In this document: positions 35,735-41,434 of the stretch, one piece after another
How the letters are laid out: the number at the start of each line of letters is the position of its first letter
Numbering within the stretch: the first letter of the stretch is position 1
Virus record (IMG/VR): IMGVR_UViG_3300048849_000150
Location: 1-41,434 of that record
Length of the DNA stretch: 41,434 nt
Direction: 5' to 3' (one strand)
Source of the DNA: a virus
Lineage: Duplodnaviria; Caudoviricetes
The notes under the pieces: model-generated
Told to the model about the DNA's origin: nothing
The model's database searches: none
Seen by the model: only the letters and a program-made list of their open reading frames with translations
Translations under genes and position numbers: made by a program

Positions 35735-36004
35735 TCAGTCCGGGTCTAGTACCCGAGAGAACAAGGATTTCGCCTTTGTGAAGAAGCCGTTTTGCCGGCG
35801 CTTAAGATCAGCCTCCAGCTGCCTCACTCTGCGGCGGTTCCACTTCAGCCGCTTGGAGAGGTCGCCGTTTTCTTTCCTAAGCTCTCTCGTCTCTCTTTGA
35901 GCCTTGCGAAGGGTAAATCTCAAGTGCTCCAATTCTTCTTGATCAGTACCAATGGTGTTGGGGTCATCATCTACCAAGAGGCGCGGATCAGCCTGCATGT
36001 CCAT
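35735..36004 (-). CDS. Small coiled-coil protein with basic amphipathic C-terminus
   Basis: 89 aa heptad pattern; ends FFTKAKSLFSRVL. Confidence 0.65.
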   Translation of the reverse strand: MDMQADPRLLVDDDPNTIGTDQEELEHLRFTLRKAQRETRELRKENGDLSKRLKWNRRRVRQLEADLKRRQNGFFTKAKSLFSRVLDPD

Positions 36005-36137
36005 TGCTCAGCTTCCTTCAACTACGAGGGCACATCGACACCTCGGGGTTATCACCTAACTTCCTAAGCAGGGCTTATGATATGTAGGCGAATGTTTGGC
36101 CTGATTAACCCGCGCTCAACCCTGCCTCGCCCTGAGT

Positions 36138-36173
36138 GTTCCCCGGACGGAGCCCCACAGACGTTCGGGGGAC
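36138..36173. terminator. Stem-loop between moron genes
   Basis: GTTCCCCGGACG/CGTTCGGGGGAC stem with G-T pairs. Confidence 0.4.
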
Positions 36174-36183
36174 TATGGCTGGT

Positions 36184-36399
36184 CTAGGCCAATCGACGCG
36201 ACCGGAGATCAATGGTGCCGGTGATGCTGTTCAGACACTCCACGCCTCTGCTGGTCAACCGATAGGGCTCCTCTGATGTGCAGAGGGCGAGGCTGGCAAG
36301 TTCAAGAATGCAGATGACGTGCTTCGAGCTCAGCCGTCGCGGCAGCTGACCAGCAAGCATACGTAGCGTCTCGATCTCGTCTGGAATTAGGTTAGGCAT
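36184..36399 (-). CDS. Small hypothetical protein (moron), winged-helix-like
   Basis: MPNLIPDEIETLRML...YRLTSRGVECL; ATG 36399 after a G-rich RBS. Confidence 0.7.
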   Translation of the reverse strand: MPNLIPDEIETLRMLAGQLPRRLSSKHVICILELASLALCTSEEPYRLTSRGVECLNSITGTIDLRSRRLA

Positions 36400-36532
36400 T
36401 GATCCCCCCGCAGCTAAATTAGCGACAGCGGCCCAAACATCAAACGATATCGGGGAACAACCAAGACCTCGATGCGCACCTGTGCGGCGAGCCGGCTCTA
36501 GCCACCCAGCGCTATGCCAGCTACTCGAAGGT

Positions 36533-36703
36533 TCAGTGGAGAGTTGGCGGCTGACCTTCGAGAGGCTGTGTCGCATGATCAGCCAGATGATCTGCCATGT
36601 CGCGCAGCTGCCTAATGATCTCGCTGAGACAAGCGACATTCTGTGCCGTTCTGGCCTCGTCGTCTCCAGACAGTTCGGCTTCAAGGATATGCACGTCATC
36701 CAT
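36533..36703 (-). CDS. Small acidic hypothetical protein (moron)
   Basis: GGAGGA RBS before ATG 36703; ends PPTLH. Confidence 0.55.
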   Translation of the reverse strand: MDDVHILEAELSGDDEARTAQNVACLSEIIRQLRDMADHLADHATQPLEGQPPTLH

Positions 36704-36843
36704 GACCTGATCCTCCAACGGGCGGCAGGAAGTATCAGCTTTTTCTTAATCAGCCGCAAGCGCTGGAATAAGGCGCAAGCTAGCTGCCCCGCGAGGCTAC
36801 CCCTCACGTCCTGATTTTTCATCATCATCACCAGGAGAACACC

Positions 36844-37683
36844 ATGGCTCGGGAAACGCTTCCCGTCGCGCTCAAGCTCATGTTCGGGTCTGAGGGCGGC
36901 TACTCCAATTCCAAGACCGATAGCGGCGGGCCGACGAAGTTCGGGATCACGCACAAAACGCTCGCAGCCCATCGCGGCCTGGCATCGGTGACTGCCGCGC
37001 AGGTCAAGGCATTGACGCTGCAGGAGGCGACGGAGATCTACGAGCGTTCCTACTGGTCGCAGTCCGGTGGCGATCTTCTACCAGTCGGCCTCGACTACGC
37101 AGCCTTTGACTTCGGCGTGAACTCCCATCCAACCACAGCAGTCAAGAAGTTGCAGAAGGTACTCGGCATCCGCCAGGACGGCCATGCCGGTGAGATCACG
37201 GCCAGGGCTGCCGCGACCTATCCGGGTGGCGTCCAGAAGCTGATCCGGGACTTCTGCGACGAGCGCATGGTCTACCTACGGTCGCTCGGCGGTCCGCAAG
37301 GCTTCGGGCCGAATGGCCGCGGCTGGACCATTCGCGTGACCGGCAAAGATCCGAAGAAGGAATGGAAGGATCAGCCCGGCGTTGTCGGTAACGCCATCCG
37401 CATCGCCGGCAGCGCCCGGCAGAGCCCGCTAGTGCAGACGTCCGCGCCCGTGCCCATCTCGGCGCCGCCGGAAGCGCAAGCCAAGGCTGACGTGAAGAGC
37501 ACCGGATTGCTGGAGATCGTCAAGAAACCGGAAGCCTGGGGACCGCTTGGCGGGCTGATGTCGGCAGGTGCTGCACTCACGGCCGGCAGTGGTCCAGTGC
37601 AATGGGCATTCGCTGCTGCCATGGTCGCGGCTGTCGCCGTCGGCATCTGGTATTTCGTCCACCGTGTCCGCGAGGGCAAGTGA
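36844..37683 (+). CDS. Endolysin, glycoside hydrolase family 108, with C-terminal hydrophobic segments
   Basis: EGGY...DSGGPTKFGIT, FDFGVNS motifs; AGGAG RBS. Confidence 0.93.
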   Translation: MARETLPVALKLMFGSEGGYSNSKTDSGGPTKFGITHKTLAAHRGLASVTAAQVKALTLQEATEIYERSYWSQSGGDLLPVGLDYAAFDFGVNSHPTTAVKKLQKVLGIRQDGHAGEITARAAATYPGGVQKLIRDFCDERMVYLRSLGGPQGFGPNGRGWTIRVTGKDPKKEWKDQPGVVGNAIRIAGSARQSPLVQTSAPVPISAPPEAQAKADVKSTGLLEIVKKPEAWGPLGGLMSAGAALTAGSGPVQWAFAAAMVAAVAVGIWYFVHRVREGK

Positions 37684-37925
37684 TGTTCTCGACACCCCGC
37701 ATCATAGGCCTGCTGGCCATCCTTGCCGTCATCGGCGCCGCCGCCCTCTGGATTTATCGGGAGGGCGGCGAGGACACCCGCAACGACAACGAAAGGCAGA
37801 ACAATGAAGCCGCAATTCGCGCTGATGAAGGCGCTCTTGATTATGATGCCTGCCGTGATGCTGGCCGGGTGTGGAGCTTCGGGACCGGCAAATGTCTCCG
37901 GCCTACACCGGGTCGTCGGAACTGA
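37683..37925 (+). CDS. i-spanin-like protein
   Basis: N-terminal TM, periplasmic helix with two Cys; coupled to the endolysin stop. Confidence 0.7.
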   Translation: MFSTPRIIGLLAILAVIGAAALWIYREGGEDTRNDNERQNNEAAIRADEGALDYDACRDAGRVWSFGTGKCLRPTPGRRN

Positions 37926-38061
37926 CCTGCTCGGCGCCCGCGGTCTGACCGACGGCGATCAGCGCAGGATCGACAGGACCGTGGTGCGGCTCTGCGCCGG
38001 CCGCGTCTACAGCGCAAAGGAATGTGCACTGCACGATCGGCCGGCTGGCCCCGCTCCCTAG
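37804..38061 (+). CDS. o-spanin-like lipoprotein
   Basis: Lipobox LAGC; overlaps the i-spanin gene in another frame. Confidence 0.75.
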   Translation: MKPQFALMKALLIMMPAVMLAGCGASGPANVSGLHRVVGTDLLGARGLTDGDQRRIDRTVVRLCAGRVYSAKECALHDRPAGPAP

Positions 38062-38123
38062 CATCGTCAGAGGGGCCAAAAGCAACAAAGACTCGCGACA
38101 GGGAGCGGACCTTTCTTGCTTCT

Positions 38124-38366
38124 CTATTCGAAGTCCGGGATCTCGCCCCGTTGGTAGATTATCACGGGCGGGCCATACTCTCCAATCGCAGGATCTGCAT
38201 CGCGGCTCCAAGCGACCACTCCGGCGTAGCTTTCGCCAAGCATGATCGCATCGCGGCGCGCGCGCTCCTCGGAATCCACCTGGCGCGGATCGAACGCAGG
38301 TACCAGCTCGCCGTCGTCGTTCTTCACGAAGGCCGCTAGCACAATCAATTTACCCTTGGTGCTCAT
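38124..38366 (-). CDS. Hypothetical protein (moron in the lysis module)
   Basis: GAGGAG RBS; GVVAWSRDADPAIGEYGPP motif resembling rhizobial small proteins. Confidence 0.8.
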   Translation of the reverse strand: MSTKGKLIVLAAFVKNDDGELVPAFDPRQVDSEERARRDAIMLGESYAGVVAWSRDADPAIGEYGPPVIIYQRGEIPDFE

Positions 38367-38436
38367 CTCGTCTTCTCCTCGTTGTGGGATTTATGCGCCT
38401 TGCAAGATGGAGCAGCAATGGTCTTGCATCGGCCTG

Positions 38437-38904
38437 TCACTCCTCATCATGGACATATCGCCCACCGCTGAGACTGTGCGAAGTGCTGAAGTCGCCAAAG
38501 CCGCTTGACGAACTGCTCGCAACGCCCGGCACGAAGCGCTTCTTCGTAACGGTGAATTTGCGCATCAGCGCCCTGGTGATATCGCCGGCCGCCTCAAAGC
38601 GGGCAAGATCTCCTTCCGTCTTGCTTGACCAGCGCCGTGCATCGTCATCGTCGATGTCGAAGAGGGCGGTGAAGACGGTCAGGTAGATGTCGCTGCTGCC
38701 AGCCGGTTCGCCGTTGCCAAAGTTCCAGCGGAAGGCGAACGGCTCGAACACGCTGCTGCCGGTGATCTTGCGAGTGATGGAATGGACGTCGCCGCTATCC
38801 CGCTTCCGGCTTTTGCCGGTTCCTGCAAAGCCGTTGATGTAGGGTCGCTCGATGCACGCGATACGGTGCGCGATGGCGTTCTTCAGTTCCTTGGTGATGT
38901 CCAT
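38437..38904 (-). CDS. Hypothetical protein, putatively SOS-regulated (moron in the lysis module)
   Basis: 155 aa from ATG 38904, high GC3; upstream promoter overlapped by a LexA box. Confidence 0.65.
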   Translation of the reverse strand: MDITKELKNAIAHRIACIERPYINGFAGTGKSRKRDSGDVHSITRKITGSSVFEPFAFRWNFGNGEPAGSSDIYLTVFTALFDIDDDDARRWSSKTEGDLARFEAAGDITRALMRKFTVTKKRFVPGVASSSSSGFGDFSTSHSLSGGRYVHDEE

Positions 38905-38948
38905 GACGGCAGATCCTGCTGTGTGTCGTTCGTGGCGCCGCCATGCGC

Positions 38949-38963
38949 GTTCTCTAAATGTTC
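38949..38963 (-). promoter_or_regulatory. Alphaproteobacterial LexA (SOS) box
   Basis: GTTC-TCTAAAT-GTTC (GAAC-N7-GAAC on the - strand); overlaps the -10 position 17 bp from TTGACT at 38983-38978. Confidence 0.75.
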
Positions 38964-39002
38964 TACCCGTATTCAAGAGTCAACATAGACACTGGAGGAG
39001 AG

Positions 39003-39470
39003 ATAGTATTCCTCACCCACATCCGCGATAACTTCGCAGATGCGTTTTTTCCACGCCTTTCAGAATGGTGGGCTGCAGGGGTTCTGATGGCGCTGGGCTA
39101 TGTGCTGATAGCCAATCCGGAGCTGATGCTGTCGAGCAAGGCGGGCGCCTACCAGCTGCTGCTGCTGATCTGCTCACAAGACACCTGGGCGGACGTCATG
39201 AGGGTCTTTGCGTTGTTGCGCCTGGTGATCTTGCTGATCAACGGAGCCTGGCGGCGCAGTCCGCACCTGCGAGCCCTGGGCGCCTTCTTCAGCTGCTTCT
39301 TCTGGGTCCAGATCACACTGTCAGTGTGGCATACGGCAGGCTTCCTGTTCATCCTGGCTGCGGGCGTTCTTGTCCTCGATTTTGCAAACTTCATCCGCGC
39401 CCTGAGAGACGCGCGGACTGTCGACTACATTTATGCCCATGCGAGGAAGACTGACGGTGGAAAAAGCTGA
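39003..39470 (+). CDS. Multi-TM phage membrane protein (holin candidate)
   Basis: About four hydrophobic segments; GGAGGAG at 38994-39000; start ambiguous (ATA 39003 or ATG 38958). Confidence 0.7.
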   Translation: MVFLTHIRDNFADAFFPRLSEWWAAGVLMALGYVLIANPELMLSSKAGAYQLLLLICSQDTWADVMRVFALLRLVILLINGAWRRSPHLRALGAFFSCFFWVQITLSVWHTAGFLFILAAGVLVLDFANFIRALRDARTVDYIYAHARKTDGGKS

Positions 39471-39810
39471 GATCCTGACGAACATCGGAATCCTCCTCGG
39501 CGCCATCTTCGCGGGGATTATTGCCTACTTTGGAAAGAGACCGCCGGAAAAGCCCGGCACGAAAGACACAGTGGTTGCCGGCTTGGGCATCGAGTTTGGC
39601 AACCGCCTGCAGGTTGACCAGGCCATCGCTGAACTGAAGCGCATCGCCGACAGCCTGGCGATCATTGCCGATCGCAAGCAGGCGACGACGGAGGCTAAGC
39701 TGGATCGCATCCTGGAGGAGTTGGATGAGGCAGAGGAGCGTGAGCGGGAGAAAGCCAACCAGATGCCGCGGCCGGCACGCCCGCCTCGATCTCGCAAGCC
39801 GCGGCAGTAG
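39457..39810 (+). CDS. Single-TM plus coiled-coil protein (holin/antiholin candidate)
   Basis: GTG 39457 after GAGGA; N-terminal TM, charged C-terminus. Confidence 0.7.
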   Translation: MEKAEILTNIGILLGAIFAGIIAYFGKRPPEKPGTKDTVVAGLGIEFGNRLQVDQAIAELKRIADSLAIIADRKQATTEAKLDRILEELDEAEEREREKANQMPRPARPPRSRKPRQ

Positions 39811-40354
39811 GTCTACCGGCCGAGGGACAGCTGCTGAACATGCAGTTCTAGTTGAGGCCCGCTAGCTGCAGTACGTCTGCAGAGAGACTTGCTCCTGCCA
39901 AAGCGACAACAGTAGTCACGATGGCTACAAAAATGACGTCAGTGAGATGCAAATTCCGTTTCATAGCTCTCCGATAGTGCTCCGAGGTTATAGCTGCGTT
40001 GAGTTTTCGCGGCCTCATAACGCGATCTGGCAGAGAAGGCCAGATGCTGCTTTCCCTTTCGACCTAGTAGATATGATGGGTGAGCTCCGGGAGTACCAAA
40101 GCCAGACCGATTGCGTACCGTTTGGCTGATCAGTACGAGAACAGACGATGATCATCTGCCGCGGCTAGGTGCGGACAAGGTAGGTTTCGCAGCGCCACCG
40201 CCGTTCGGGACGGGGGCTTCAATAACCAAAGCTAGTACCCGCTCCTCGAGTTGACTGCCGCTCGTCAAAAATAAGTGGGGTTTTGGAGCGGCAGCCCGCA
40301 TCGATTTTCCGACACTGATGGATAATGTTGCCGATTCGCAAGAGGAGGAAGCAG

Positions 40355-41434
40355 GTGCTACAGCGGAAGACAGCATTGGTGGTTGGTGCAGGGGCGAGCG
40401 CCGAGTTTGGTTTGCCAGTAGGCTCCCAGCTTCGCCAGCAGATAATTAGTCTCGCGAGCGTCAAAACCAAAGCGGACCTCGAATGGGGCGAACGCGTCGT
40501 GGACGGAGAGATCCGACGGGACGAAGTCATCACTGATGCTATCAGAAAGAAACTCGCTCCAGCGGAGGCTCAGGCGGTCAGGGTTTCGTTGAAGACAATT
40601 GCCGACTACCTTTACATGAAAAACTCCATTGACGTATTTCTTGATCATAACCGCGAATTAGACGGGTTGGTCGAGACCGGTAAGATGCTAATTGCGGTTT
40701 CAATCGCCCGTGCTGAGCAAAACAGCAACATTTACCAAGCGATGAATTGGGGGGAGAGCGAGATGGATTTCTCCGCGCTCAGTCAAACATGGATCGATAG
40801 CTTTGCCCGGATCCTCCTCGACGTGCCAGACCCTCACGAGATCGCCGATAACTTCAGCGTCATTTGCTTCAATTATGATCGCTGCATCGAGTTCTACCTG
40901 ATCATGGCGATCATGCAGACGTATCCAGGGATGGAGTTCAAGGAAGCTCATCAGATCGTCTACGAGATGAACATCATCCATCCTTACGGCACCCTCGGGA
41001 AGCTACCTGGTGGCGTTCGTGGATATGGGAATGGGACGGTGCCTTTCGGTGCTGATCTTGAGGAGCAGGACGTATGGGCGATGACAAAAGACCTCAAGAT
41101 ATTTACGGAGCGAGAACACGATGAGACAACGTTAACTTCCCTCCGTAAGTGGATCGCCTATTCAGACAATTTAATCTTCATGGGGTTTGGTTTTGCCCCT
41201 CAGAACATGGAACTACTCAACACTGCCAGCGTGACCAAGCAGGCACCCCGCAAAAAGATATACGTGACCGGCAAAGGCATCCATGAAATGGATGAAAGAG
41301 AGGTGCAGCGGCGTATCAGTGGGTTGTTCTCGTACGAAGGTGCAATTCTTTTACCACGTGACGACGCTCTCATTATGAGGGGTGCTACCTGCGCCCAGTT
41401 GTTTAACGCAAACTACTTCAACTTTTCGTCCTAG
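40355..41434 (+). CDS. SIR2-like domain protein (putative anti-phage NADase)
   Basis: ALVVGAGASAEFGLP, ICFNYD, IIHPYG, LIFMGFGF motifs; GAGGAGG RBS before GTG 40355; terminal cargo position. Confidence 0.82.
   Translation: MLQRKTALVVGAGASAEFGLPVGSQLRQQIISLASVKTKADLEWGERVVDGEIRRDEVITDAIRKKLAPAEAQAVRVSLKTIADYLYMKNSIDVFLDHNRELDGLVETGKMLIAVSIARAEQNSNIYQAMNWGESEMDFSALSQTWIDSFARILLDVPDPHEIADNFSVICFNYDRCIEFYLIMAIMQTYPGMEFKEAHQIVYEMNIIHPYGTLGKLPGGVRGYGNGTVPFGADLEEQDVWAMTKDLKIFTEREHDETTLTSLRKWIAYSDNLIFMGFGFAPQNMELLNTASVTKQAPRKKIYVTGKGIHEMDEREVQRRISGLFSYEGAILLPRDDALIMRGATCAQLFNANYFNFSS

Larger units (their letters stand above)
1..41434. mobile_element. Temperate prophage (HK97-like head, long non-contractile tail), apparently complete gene set
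   Basis: Integrase, repressor/cro/cII, replication, terminase, portal, protease, capsid, tail, tape measure, tailspike and lysis genes in lambdoid order; no obviously disrupted core gene; att sites not seen. Confidence 0.97.

Noticed and set aside
36400-36972. 262-aa ORF 36184-36972 as a single gene
   Set aside because: Its 5' part is antisense to the endolysin and overlaps another ORF; only the last 71 codons have an RBS-supported start.
38022-38988. + strand ORFs over the lysis-module morons as a second filler chain
   Set aside because: They are not linked by stop/start overlaps and leave a gap at 38687-38781.
39836-39848. GAAC-ATGCA-GTTC as a LexA box
   Set aside because: It is palindromic with a 5-nt spacer and does not match the alphaproteobacterial direct-repeat consensus.
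39947-40129. 60-aa ORF upstream of the SIR2-like gene as a partner protein
   Set aside because: No convincing RBS, motif or codon bias; it cannot be supported from the sequence alone.
1-41434. attL/attR repeats, tRNA genes, IS elements, reverse transcriptase/DGR or invertase
   Set aside because: None recognised by eye. The window starts and ends at stop codons, so the att sites are probably outside it.

Overview
The window is an apparently intact temperate siphovirus prophage of about 41 kb with an HK97-like head, running from the integrase stop codon (pos. 1) to a terminal SIR2-like cargo gene. The att sites are not visible and probably lie just outside. The host is inferred to be an alphaproteobacterium, likely Rhizobiaceae (GapR/DUF2312 homolog, DUF6894, GTTC-N7-GTTC LexA boxes). 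Gene order: int/xis and a leftward early operon (1-7207); immunity switch (cI lacking a peptidase domain, cro, cII); rightward early/replication genes (GapR-like, ParB/MT-A70 fusion, replication initiator with iterons, NusG-family antiterminator); structured late leader; packaging, head and tail genes; tailspike with a putative glycan-modification cassette; lysis genes interrupted by morons; SIR2-like putative defence gene. Most notable: (1) an unbroken chain of translationally coupled ORFs over about 6.9 kb that reads through four opposite-strand moron genes using apparent filler ORFs; (2) a LexA-box-controlled small gene convergent on a non-cleavable repressor (candidate antirepressor), plus a second LexA box inside the lysis module; (3) a ParB + MT-A70 + KlcB-like fusion; (4) a NusG paralog followed by a multi-stem RNA and a terminator-like hairpin; (5) capsid and tail-tip proteins both starting with MKLRTL and a signal-peptide-like leader. 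All family assignments come from motif recognition by eye, with no database searches.
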